Shown here one piece after another: positions 18,381-26,594 of a stretch of DNA of 34,142 nucleotides; the stretch's first letter is position 1, and each line of letters starts with the position of its first letter. The translations under genes were made by a program, and so were the position numbers. The notes beneath the pieces are model-generated. The model was given only the letters and a program-made list of their open reading frames with translations. It was not told the origin of the DNA and did not search any database. Source of the stretch: an uncultured Candidatus Saccharibacteria bacterium (lineage in GTDB: Bacteria; Patescibacteriota; Minisyncoccia; Phycocordibacterales; GWA1-40-21); the NCBI GenBank assembly GCA_964455475.1, contig CAYVWL010000004.1:1-34142 (forward strand). Reading direction: 5' to 3'.

Positions 18381-18863
18381 TTATTGTTTTGGGGGGATTG
18401 CTCCCGTACAGCGCCAATTTATTTCGGCGGTTTTGGTCTCCTCGCTCACCACACAAGCCGGATTACAATTTGTCGGGCCGGAGTTTAGATTGGCATCGAA
18501 CCACCAAGTTCTAGTAAATTCATTATAAGTGCCAGAGTTCAAACTCTCCCCGCCTTTGATACAAGTTTTTTCCGCGATACCGCGCGCCTCTGCTTCCGTA
18601 ATCAAGCTATTCACTTTAGGGCAAGGAGTAAATTCACACTTTGGCCCCGTCCGCCCCACAAAGGAACCATCCGGACAAGCCTTGGCGTCCATGGTGCAGG
18701 CCACTGGTTTTGTATTGGTTGCGGTTATTGTGGTCGTGGTGGTGGTGGTAGCCATACCATCATCAGGCGGATTTACTAAAAAATTCAACTTCGAAATCCT
18801 AAGACCAACGACAATAATGACTATGAAGACGATAACCATTATTCCGATAATCATATTTTTCAT
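18381..18863 (-). CDS. membrane-anchored Cys-rich exported protein
   Basis: N-terminal TM, Thr-rich linker, ACTMDAKACPDGSFVGRTGPKCEFTPCP module, second 4-Cys domain; ATG at 18863 preferred. Confidence 0.7.
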   Translation of the reverse strand: MKNMIIGIMVIVFIVIIVVGLRISKLNFLVNPPDDGMATTTTTTTITATNTKPVACTMDAKACPDGSFVGRTGPKCEFTPCPKVNSLITEAEARGIAEKTCIKGGESLNSGTYNEFTRTWWFDANLNSGPTNCNPACVVSEETKTAEINWRCTGAIPPKQ

Positions 18864-18927
18864 TTCTTTATTAAAATTAATTTCTAAAGCTTTTATCATT
18901 ATATCATAGGTGAAAATTTTAGACATG

Positions 18928-18957
18928 AAAAAGAGCGTCGTCCGAAGACAACGCTCT
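18928..18957 (-). terminator. intrinsic terminator
   Basis: AGAGCGUUGUC-UUCG-GACGACGCUCU-UUUU. Confidence 0.85.
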
Positions 18958-19101
18958 GAAATTGTCGGGGTGGCCGAGCGAGTAAGACAAGCTCGGCATT
19001 CACCCCAGTAGAGACAGTACCTTGGGCATTATTGTGACAATCGGGGGGCAATTCTGCCTTTATCGCCGACTGTTCACCCAGAGTTCCCGTTCCCTATCTC
19101 T
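18928..19101 (-). ncRNA. unassigned structured non-coding RNA, ~175 nt
   Basis: Own promoter, two long hairpins, cUUCGg terminator, no convincing ORF. Confidence 0.7.
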
Positions 19102-19108
19102 GTTTACA

Positions 19109-19136
19109 AGAATAGCATATTCACGCTAGAAGTCAA
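19109..19136 (-). promoter_or_regulatory. sigma70 promoter for the ncRNA
   Basis: TTGACT-16 nt-TATTCT with TG extension; predicted +1 near 19101, the first base of hairpin 1. Confidence 0.7.
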
Positions 19137-19210
19137 GCCTTTTAGGCACTTTCTTTCATTTTCTTTTCCCCCACGCCAAAATAGCCTTATTTTATAAGGA
19201 TTTCTTGGAA

Positions 19211-20437
19211 TTATAAAAACAACAAGTCACGGTCGAGGTCATCCGTAGCCGTCCCCTTTTCCTTTCGGTTTAGGGCCTGGTGGGTGGAGGCCAAGTGAAG
19301 CACTTTTTTGCCAAATTTTTGCTCCAGAGCGTCAATTTGTTTGTGAACGCAGGCAAATTTATCCGCCTGGGCGCTACCACCAAAGAGATCCCCCTGGCAT
19401 ACCGCACTGGAAACAAGCTCTTGCAAAATCACCCCCGTGGTGCGATACAGAATATTCATCCGGTGCACCATGGGCAGTTTGGACCGGATGAGCGGGAGCA
19501 ATATCTCTGGTGCACTGGTGGGTGTGGTCAGGGTGATGGTAAAAGTGTGATACTGAAAATCCCGTGTCTTTAAAAAGAAAGATACTTTTTTCGGCACTAG
19601 ATTATAATAACGCGCTTTCCGGCAAGCCTCTTCCATATTTTTTGACAGTTGGGAGAGGAGAAAAACTTTATCATTCGTGGGCGGGTGAAAAGTCCGTGTC
19701 TTTTGGATAGAGGAATAAACCGTCTTCGGCGCGCCATCTATTTTCATGAGGTATTCTCCCTGAAGCTCCCGCCAAAGCACTTCATAAGGACGAGACAAAT
19801 TATTTTTCACCCAAGCCAAATCTTTCTTCACAAAATCCCCGGCCGTGATAATCCCCCACCGATTTAAAAACTCCGCCGTTTTTGGACCAATACCCCAAAT
19901 CTTTCCAACCGGCGTTTTTACTAAAAAATTTTCCGCTTTATTTTTTTCTATCACGGTGAGGCCATTTGGTTTGACCCATTTTGAGGCCACCTTGGCTAAA
20001 ACTTTGGTAGGTGCGAGACCAATAGAGACAGAAATATTTAATTCATTATTAATTTCTTTTTTTATTCTCTCCGCCATTTGCAAATAGGTCATTTTAAGTG
20101 GCCGATCCAAACCAGTGAGATCGGCAAAGCATTCATCAATACTATATTCTTCCACATCATCCGCATAACGGCGCACAATATCAAACATCCGTTCGGAATA
20201 AAGGGCGTAAGAAGCATAATCACCGGGCAAAACAATCACCTGCGGAAAATCCCTCTGCACGCGGAAGATAGGCAGACCGCGGATAATGCCAAGCGCCTTG
20301 GCTTCGTAAGAAAGGGCAGAGACAATACCCCGCTCCTCACCGGTCACCACCGGCTTACCTTTTAATTCAGGATTCTTGGCCATCTCCACGCCCACAAAAA
20401 AGGCATCCCCATCCATATGTAAAATTACGCGTTCCAC
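19211..20437 (-). CDS. dinB: DNA polymerase IV (Y family)
   Basis: ILHMDGDAFF, SYEAK, SIDEC, LAKVASKWVKPNG; start moved to GTG at 20437. Confidence 0.93.
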   Translation of the reverse strand: MERVILHMDGDAFFVGVEMAKNPELKGKPVVTGEERGIVSALSYEAKALGIIRGLPIFRVQRDFPQVIVLPGDYASYALYSERMFDIVRRYADDVEEYSIDECFADLTGLDRPLKMTYLQMAERIKKEINNELNISVSIGLAPTKVLAKVASKWVKPNGLTVIEKNKAENFLVKTPVGKIWGIGPKTAEFLNRWGIITAGDFVKKDLAWVKNNLSRPYEVLWRELQGEYLMKIDGAPKTVYSSIQKTRTFHPPTNDKVFLLSQLSKNMEEACRKARYYNLVPKKVSFFLKTRDFQYHTFTITLTTPTSAPEILLPLIRSKLPMVHRMNILYRTTGVILQELVSSAVCQGDLFGGSAQADKFACVHKQIDALEQKFGKKVLHLASTHQALNRKEKGTATDDLDRDLLFL

Positions 20438-20443
20438 CCACCC

Positions 20444-20471
20444 AGTATAGCACAAGGTGAACGTCCGTTCA
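20444..20471 (-). promoter_or_regulatory. LexA-type SOS box next to extended -10 of dinB
   Basis: Palindrome tGAAC-N4-GTTCa at 20458-20471, 5 nt upstream of TGcTATACT. Confidence 0.7.
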
Positions 20472-20477
20472 CTACCC

Positions 20478-20515
20478 ACACAAAGGTCTAACCTTCAAAG
20501 GTGAAACCTTTGTGT
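20478..20515. repeat. tandem AAGGT-N3-ACCTT palindromes
   Basis: ACACAAAGGTCTAACCTT CAAAGGTGAAACCTTTGTGT; related copies at 24908 and 3514. Confidence 0.75.
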
Positions 20516-20518
20516 TTA

Positions 20519-20977
20519 CTACTTAAACAAAATGGGAATTTCGAGAGAGTCGTCATACTGACGTAGATCGGAGGGATTGTCATTTTTCAAAATTAGAAAA
20601 CCACGGTCACCATAGCTTGGCTTGGCGAATTTTAAAGTAGCAGTGAAAGGCACGAATTCCGTGGTCATCCACTCGCCATCTGCCTGCGCCACCCCCTGGG
20701 CGATAATCGCTCCATCCCAATCTGTAAGTACCACCGGAAAACTGCCCTCAAAATACCAACCACCTCTCGCCTCCCCTTTTATAATTAACGGACTGATTAT
20801 TTTTTCATCCGCAAACAGAGAGGAAACTTTTATCAGATCTTTATATTCTACTAGTTTAGTGGTCGGCGGTACAACATCTCCCCCGTCAGTAAAATTGAAA
20901 CGATATATTCCAGCCCCAGCCACAATCAATACCAAAACAGCAATAACCCCGATTATCCAAGAGGTAGTCTTTTTCAT
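20519..20977 (-). CDS. Gmad2-type Ig-like domain exported protein
   Basis: N-terminal TM; SPLIIKGEARGGWYFEGSFPV...WMTTEFVPF...DNPS. Confidence 0.75.
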   Translation of the reverse strand: MKKTTSWIIGVIAVLVLIVAGAGIYRFNFTDGGDVVPPTTKLVEYKDLIKVSSLFADEKIISPLIIKGEARGGWYFEGSFPVVLTDWDGAIIAQGVAQADGEWMTTEFVPFTATLKFAKPSYGDRGFLILKNDNPSDLRQYDDSLEIPILFK

Positions 20978-21012
20978 CTCTCTATTGTATCACACAATCA
21001 ATCTTTCTCTAT

Positions 21013-22044
21013 TTACCCATTCGTACGAATATGCCGATGGAGGGTTCGCATCTTTCGGAGCATCTCCATAACATTGTCCAAAGCTCCATCTTCGTCCTTT
21101 GATTTCATCATACCAAGAGCACGCAATCCGGTATCGCCAAATGTCTTCTTCATTAATCTAGCAATAGGTATTAGATTTCCATTAAGATTTGCCTTTAAAA
21201 ATTCCCTATGAACTTCTTCTTTATTTTGATATTCTTCGGGAAACTCCTTTACTATTTCTTCGCAGACATATTCCACTACCTTTCTCTGCCAATAATAACC
21301 CGCTCCGCCTCCAATACTTTTGTCCACCAAATCAAGCCAGAAGATCTCGTCATCTGGTATACCCCTTTCCTCCGCAATCTTTTGCCTTTTCGCCTTGGAA
21401 TCTTCTTGTTCATATTTATCTTTTTCCTCCTTCAATTCTGGAATATTTAATAGCCTAGGAAAACTTAGCTTTTCCTGCCAAGCCACTACTGCCTCATCTA
21501 AACCGGAAAAATGAGTAACTGATCGTCCTTGCATGTTTTTCTTTCTCGGAGAAAAAACTCTCATGCCACTTCTATATATTTTATTCTTTAACTTTCCTTC
21601 CCTATCTTCATATAACTGCCAGATCTGTCTAGCTTTCATATGCAAGGCTTCATGAAAAGCAACCGTAACAAACATCAACAGACTCTTCCTTAATTCTGAT
21701 GATAAACCGATAGCATATTTGCTCCCTTCATAGGTGCCGGCAGAACTTGTATGGAAAAATTTATCCATCTCTTCCTTCGGTAGAATATGATAATTCTTTG
21801 CCGGAATATCAATCGGTTCTACACCACATTCCTGCAATAGACGATTTGTTTCTTGATCAATAAAGTCTAGGGCGGCTATTTGCTCCGGAGTTTTATCATA
21901 CTCTACAGCCTCAAGCTTCTTGCGCTCACCCTCAGGCATAAGATCTTGTTGCTTAATAAAAATATCTCTTCTCTTTATAGCAAACTCTTCCTTCTTCTCC
22001 TCTGAAACAGCCCCAATGACTTCAAATTTAGGTAAATTTTCCAT
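21013..22044 (-). CDS. hypothetical protein, possible gluzincin-like metalloprotease
   Basis: HEALH plus downstream GLDEA; AT-rich, charged. Confidence 0.5.
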   Translation of the reverse strand: MENLPKFEVIGAVSEEKKEEFAIKRRDIFIKQQDLMPEGERKKLEAVEYDKTPEQIAALDFIDQETNRLLQECGVEPIDIPAKNYHILPKEEMDKFFHTSSAGTYEGSKYAIGLSSELRKSLLMFVTVAFHEALHMKARQIWQLYEDREGKLKNKIYRSGMRVFSPRKKNMQGRSVTHFSGLDEAVVAWQEKLSFPRLLNIPELKEEKDKYEQEDSKAKRQKIAEERGIPDDEIFWLDLVDKSIGGGAGYYWQRKVVEYVCEEIVKEFPEEYQNKEEVHREFLKANLNGNLIPIARLMKKTFGDTGLRALGMMKSKDEDGALDNVMEMLRKMRTLHRHIRTNG

Positions 22045-22051
22045 AAGTAAA

Positions 22052-24622
22052 TTATATCACAGAATTAGCCGTCAGCCTTCTATTCCAGAAGAACTTTAGA
22101 CCCTCAAACCAGATTAGACTAATAAGGACCACGGAAATAATTAACAAAAAATCCTGCGGATGAAGCGGGGCCAGATGGAAAAGCTCGGCCAAAAATGGAA
22201 TATACAGGACAGCCAAAAGACATAAAACAGCAGAAATAAAAACAATAATCAAAATACGGCTGGCCGAAAACAAAATACGGTGAACCCCTTTGCTCCAGGA
22301 TAGATTGATAGCGATGAGCATCAGATTTGATAAGATCAGAGAGACAAAAGCAAAAGAGCGCGCCTCGGGCACGCTGCGTCCAGACTTGATAACATAAACA
22401 TAAAGTAGAAAAACAGCCACAAGCACGCCAAAGCCCTGAATCAGGCTGATGGAGACATTTTTAAAATTAAAGATGGATCGACGCAGGTCCCGCGGTGGTC
22501 GCTTCATAATATTTTTATCTTCACTCTCGGACTCAAACACCGTGGAACAAGCGGGGTCAATGATAAGCTCCATAAAGGCTACGTGCGCCGGCAAGAGAAC
22601 GATCGGTAAATCAAAAAACAAAGGCAAAACGGCCATACCAGCAATCGGCACGTGCACGGCTAAGAGATACCCGATAGAACCGCGCAAATTATCATATATC
22701 CTCCGGCCGAGACGGACAGCACTCACGATAGAGGAAAAATCATCATTGAGTAAAACCAGAGAGGAGGCTTCGCGAGCCACATCTGTCCCCCTTTCCCCCA
22801 TGGCCACTCCGATATGCGCGGATTTTAGGGCCGGCGCATCATTCACGCCATCTCCAGTCATGGCCACTATTTCGTTATTAGCTTTCAAGGCATTTACTAT
22901 CAATAATTTCTGCTCTGGCACAATACGCGCAAAGACATTTATATCTTTTATCTTCTCCCGCAATTGCTGATGATTCATCTTTTCCAAATCTTCGCCGGTC
23001 AGATATTTGTCAGGATTTTTCAAGCCGATTTTTCTCCCAATATACTGTGCCGTTCCTGGATAGTCCCCGGTAATCATAATAATCCGCATCCCGGCCGCAT
23101 ATGTCTCCCGCACAGCCTCTGGCACTGTAGAGCGGACTGGATCCACAAAACCGAGAAGGCCGACAAAATCAAATTTAAAATCATGTTGATTTGTGGGTAA
23201 ATCTTTATCCAAAAAGACGGCCCGCGCCACGCCCAAAACCCGCAGTCCTTTCTCAGACATTTCTCTGACCCGCTCCAGGACAGCCTGGATTTCCTCGGGC
23301 GAGCTGTGGCATAAATCCAAAATCGCCTCCGGCGCCCCTTTGGAAGCGATCAATTTTTCACCTGTCTCTTTTTTCTGCCAGACATGAGACAGGGCCAGGA
23401 GATCGTGACGAATAGGATATTCACGAATCAAGGTGCTACCGGCCTCTACCTTTTCCATATTTTTCAAATACAAGGTCCCCATTTTTCTCAGTTCCCTTTC
23501 CAAGGGATCAAAGGGGTCTTTTTGACTGGAGAGGACACCATATTCAAGGAGAGTTTTAAATTTGTCCGGCAAATCGGTGGAAGCAAAATTACTCAATTCA
23601 TAAAATCCACCATCTGCATACAAACTACTCAGTTCCATTTTATTTAGGGTCAAGGTTCCGGTTTTATCTGTACAGAGCACGGTGGCTGCCCCCAAAGTTT
23701 CTATTGTGGCGGCGCGACGGGTCAGTACTTTTCGTTTGGAAATACGCCATGCCCCCAGTGTCATAAAAATCACAAGGACGATGGGAAATTCCTCTGGCAG
23801 AATCGCCATACTGAGGGTTAGCCCAGAGAGGAGGCCGGTGATCAAATCATTTTGAAACAGGACATAATATAATAGCACCAGGAGGCACAACATAAGGCCA
23901 ACCACCGAGACCACACGCACGATCTTGGTAATCTCTTTTTTCAGAAGAGTATCTTCTTCTTTTATACTTTCCAAGCTTTTGCCGATTTTACCGATCTCTG
24001 TCTTGAGCCCCGTGAAAATCACTTGCGCCACCCCGCGCCCGCTTGTCACCAAAGAACCCGAATAAATAAAAGGCAAATCATCCCCACCTGGACGCTGGTT
24101 TTTTATTTTGCCATCCCATTCCTTTTTTCGCACCGGCATGGATTCGCCGGTGAGGAGGGATTCATCCACCCCCAGATTTTCACAAGATAGGACCACCGCA
24201 TCGGCCGGCACCCTATCCCCCTCATGAATAATAATGAGATCCCCTGTCACCACTTCCCGGCCGGCGATTCGCCTCTGCTCACCGTCGCGAACTACCAGAG
24301 CGCGCGGACTGGATAAATCACGCAAGGCTTCTAGCGTCCTTTCAGTTTTCTTTTCCTGATAAAAAGTGATACCCACGACCACCAGGACGGAGAAGAGAAG
24401 CAAAATAGAATCACCCTTTTCTCCCATGAAAAAATAAATACTGCCGGCCGCCAAGAGGAGTAAAAGCATCGGTTCGGAGAGGACCCGGGCGAGGATGGCA
24501 AAACCACTTTGCTTCCCTTGCGAGGGCAATTCATTGTAGCCCTCGGTTTTCAGAATGGCCTCGGCCTCCATCTCGGATAGCCCTTCATAAGTCGATATTT
24601 CTTTTTTATCTTTATCCTCCAT
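22052..24622 (-). CDS. cation-transporting P-type ATPase (type II-like)
   Basis: TGES, PEEFP in TM4, DKTGTLT, KGAPE, TGDGVNDAPAL. Confidence 0.95.
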   Translation of the reverse strand: MEDKDKKEISTYEGLSEMEAEAILKTEGYNELPSQGKQSGFAILARVLSEPMLLLLLAAGSIYFFMGEKGDSILLLFSVLVVVGITFYQEKKTERTLEALRDLSSPRALVVRDGEQRRIAGREVVTGDLIIIHEGDRVPADAVVLSCENLGVDESLLTGESMPVRKKEWDGKIKNQRPGGDDLPFIYSGSLVTSGRGVAQVIFTGLKTEIGKIGKSLESIKEEDTLLKKEITKIVRVVSVVGLMLCLLVLLYYVLFQNDLITGLLSGLTLSMAILPEEFPIVLVIFMTLGAWRISKRKVLTRRAATIETLGAATVLCTDKTGTLTLNKMELSSLYADGGFYELSNFASTDLPDKFKTLLEYGVLSSQKDPFDPLERELRKMGTLYLKNMEKVEAGSTLIREYPIRHDLLALSHVWQKKETGEKLIASKGAPEAILDLCHSSPEEIQAVLERVREMSEKGLRVLGVARAVFLDKDLPTNQHDFKFDFVGLLGFVDPVRSTVPEAVRETYAAGMRIIMITGDYPGTAQYIGRKIGLKNPDKYLTGEDLEKMNHQQLREKIKDINVFARIVPEQKLLIVNALKANNEIVAMTGDGVNDAPALKSAHIGVAMGERGTDVAREASSLVLLNDDFSSIVSAVRLGRRIYDNLRGSIGYLLAVHVPIAGMAVLPLFFDLPIVLLPAHVAFMELIIDPACSTVFESESEDKNIMKRPPRDLRRSIFNFKNVSISLIQGFGVLVAVFLLYVYVIKSGRSVPEARSFAFVSLILSNLMLIAINLSWSKGVHRILFSASRILIIVFISAVLCLLAVLYIPFLAELFHLAPLHPQDFLLIISVVLISLIWFEGLKFFWNRRLTANSVI

Positions 24623-24627
24623 TTTGA

Positions 24628-24882
24628 TTACAAAATCTCAAAAGTTTTTTGCTTGGCGGTTTGGCCGGTGACAAGCTGGATGCGGGCTGGGGCGACGGCA
24701 AAATAGGTGGCTAGGGCGCGGATGATAGCCTCATTTGCCCGACCCGAGACGGGTGCTTCCTTGACGGAGACTTTATAAGTGACGAGCTCTGCTCCCCGCC
24801 CACCGAGATCTAGGCGGGGCTGATTTTGCCTTTCCACTTTTTCCACCTTGGCCCGCGTCTTGGCCTTTACAATTATTTTCAT
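24628..24882 (-). CDS. DUF167/YggU family protein
   Basis: KVSVKEAPVSGRANEAIIRALA...GQTAKQK. Confidence 0.85.
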   Translation of the reverse strand: MKIIVKAKTRAKVEKVERQNQPRLDLGGRGAELVTYKVSVKEAPVSGRANEAIIRALATYFAVAPARIQLVTGQTAKQKTFEIL

Positions 24883-24907
24883 AGAAAAATATGATACGTT
24901 TTACCCT

Positions 24908-24924
24908 CAAAGGTTTAACCTTTG
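24908..24924. repeat. AAGGT-N3-ACCTT palindrome after mscL stop
   Basis: CAAAGGT-TTA-ACCTTTG. Confidence 0.7.
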
Positions 24925-24927
24925 TGT

Positions 24928-25326
24928 TTAGACTAACTGCGTGCAATGGGCGCAACGTTTGGCCTGAATAGGTATCTCGCTTTGGCACTCGGGGCATTTT
25001 CTTGTGGTTGGATCAGCGGGCGGTTCTTTGTGTGAACGACTAATTAGAATGTTCATCGGTTTAATAACAAAGAAGAAGACGGCGCCCGCCACCAGGAGGA
25101 ATGAGATCAGAGCATTAATAAAATGTCCGTACATGAATTTACTGCCATTGATTGTAAAAGTAAGACCGCTAAAATCCGGTACTTTGGCAATAGCGGCAAT
25201 AAGCGGTGTGAGGATATCACTCACCAAGGCGCTCACGATAGTACCAAAAGCCGCACCGACGACGACACCCACGGCCAGATCCACCACATTTCCTCTTAAC
25301 AAAAATTGTTTAAATTCTTTTAGCAT
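24928..25326 (-). CDS. mscL: large-conductance mechanosensitive channel with C-terminal Zn ribbon
   Basis: EFKQFLLRGNVVDLAVGVVVGAAF; CPEC...CAHC. Confidence 0.95.
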   Translation of the reverse strand: MLKEFKQFLLRGNVVDLAVGVVVGAAFGTIVSALVSDILTPLIAAIAKVPDFSGLTFTINGSKFMYGHFINALISFLLVAGAVFFFVIKPMNILISRSHKEPPADPTTRKCPECQSEIPIQAKRCAHCTQLV

Positions 25327-25355
25327 AGAATTAAAAATTAATTAATAAAGCTAAA

Positions 25356-25604
25356 TTATTTTGTGCGGGCAATATTTAAAATCTCCTGCATGTTTTGCGA
25401 GAAAGTGCTAAAAGCAGGCACTAGACCAATAATATTTAAAAACCAACCGATGATAGCAATAGCCAAAATCAGGCCGATGAGATACCCTACCGCTCGCCAC
25501 ATACCTTGCACAAACATCTGCCAGCGCGTGGGCTTTAAAATCCGGCGTATCTCCACCAAATTATTCTCTATTGCCTCTAGTTTTTCAAAATGTTTTTCAT
25601 CCAT
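25356..25604 (-). CDS. small membrane protein (DUF5665-like)
   Basis: FVQGMWRAVGYLIG plus TM helix; leaderless-type promoter. Confidence 0.6.
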   Translation of the reverse strand: MDEKHFEKLEAIENNLVEIRRILKPTRWQMFVQGMWRAVGYLIGLILAIAIIGWFLNIIGLVPAFSTFSQNMQEILNIARTK

Positions 25605-25682
25605 GGGGATATAATAACATAAATTAGTTCAGTAATAAATCATAGATTTATTAATTATTTTATGCTAGATTTATCACATCAC

Positions 25683-25769
25683 GGAGACGTGTCAGAGTGG
25701 TCTAATGTGCCTCTTTGCTAAAGAGGTGGGGTTTAATCGCCCCCGCTGGTTCGAATCCAGCCGTCTCCG
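25683..25769 (+). tRNA. tRNA-Ser (GCU)
   Basis: GGAGACG/CGTCTCC acceptor, G73, CCTCT TTGCTAA AGAGG, long variable arm, GCTGG TTCGAAT CCAGC. Confidence 0.96.
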
Positions 25770-25773
25770 CATT

Positions 25774-25797
25774 AAAAGTGCTACATAGCACTTTTTT
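25774..25797 (+). terminator. terminator after tRNA-Ser
   Basis: AAAAGTGCTA-ca-TAGCACTTTTTT. Confidence 0.65.
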
Positions 25798-25910
25798 GCT
25801 GGATTCGAACGGCGGAGCGATGTTTTGCTAGTAAGCAAAACCGTGAGCCGGTGCCCAGGCAAATTTTTGTGACGACAAAAATTTAGCCGAGGGAGAAATT
25901 CCAGCCGTCT
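25798..25910. other. tRNA-associated structured element with antisense T-arm copy and partial tRNA 3'-end duplication
   Basis: 13-nt reverse complement and 11-nt direct copy of tRNA-Ser sequence bound two internal hairpins. Confidence 0.7.
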
Positions 25911-25913
25911 TCT

Positions 25914-26405
25914 TTACTCATGCAACCTCTCCGAGTTTTTTATTTCCTCCTTTTCGTCGCTGTAAGAAATCTTTTTGAAACCTTTTTCCACATACCAGAG
26001 AATGGTAAAAATCAGAAGAGTTAGAAGAGCGGTGATCATGGCCAAAGCGTAAAGCTTAAAACCACATGCCATACCAATACCGGCGGACACCCACAGGCCG
26101 GCGGCCGAAGTGAGACCAGAGGTCCGCATATCGTGACTATTATGAAAAACCAAACCGGCACCGATAAAGCCAATACCCACAAGTATCTGGGAGGCTACAC
26201 GCATGGGGTCAAAGTTTGTCAGATTTATAAATTGAGAAGTGACTATCTGGGAGATCAGCACAAAGAGGGCCGAGCCCATGGCCACCAAGGCGTATGTGCG
26301 CATCCCCGCGGTCTTGCCCGCGAGTGTTCGCTCCATCCCCACCAGCCCGCCCAAAATCACTGCCACCACCAACCGCACTAAAATATCTATTGTTGCTAGT
26401 TCCAT
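25914..26405 (-). CDS. mgtC: MgtC/SapB family membrane protein
   Basis: GMER...AGMRTYALV...DPMRVASQILVGIGFIGAG...GLTSAAGLW. Confidence 0.92.
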   Translation of the reverse strand: MELATIDILVRLVVAVILGGLVGMERTLAGKTAGMRTYALVAMGSALFVLISQIVTSQFINLTNFDPMRVASQILVGIGFIGAGLVFHNSHDMRTSGLTSAAGLWVSAGIGMACGFKLYALAMITALLTLLIFTILWYVEKGFKKISYSDEKEEIKNSERLHE

Positions 26406-26431
26406 TTAATTATTATTAAAGTTATTAAAAT

Positions 26432-26554
26432 CTAGTTTTCTTACTCACCACATCCTTTTCCGAGTACGAATTTTTTCTGCTAAAAAAATTCTCCGTTCTC
26501 GGCTCAGTCAGCCTCGAAAGCCTCTCCAAAGGAAGATGGTTCGACGAAAACTAG
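26432..26554 (-). other. multi-branch structured element in predicted mgtC 5' leader
   Basis: CTAGTTTTC/GAAAACTAG closing stem with nested stems; TGtTATAAT on minus strand at 26565-26573. Confidence 0.55.
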
Positions 26555-26594
26555 CTGCATTTTGATTATAACATAATTTTGATATGATACACCT

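Noticed and set aside
19010-19101. SRP 4.5S RNA or short peptide MPKVLSLLG
   Set aside because: No GNRA loop or CAGG/AGCA domain IV motif; the 9-codon ORF has no RBS and lies within stems.
20478-20515. Possible mini-CRISPR array
   Set aside because: Units are 13-17 nt with no spacers, and there are no cas genes.
24794-24819. CCCCGCC...GGCGGGG palindrome inside the DUF167 gene
   Set aside because: Only 7 bp with no clear excision boundaries, so it may be chance; an ortholog alignment would decide.
24928-25000. Zn-ribbon tail on MscL as a novelty
   Set aside because: A variant I recognise from other bacteria.
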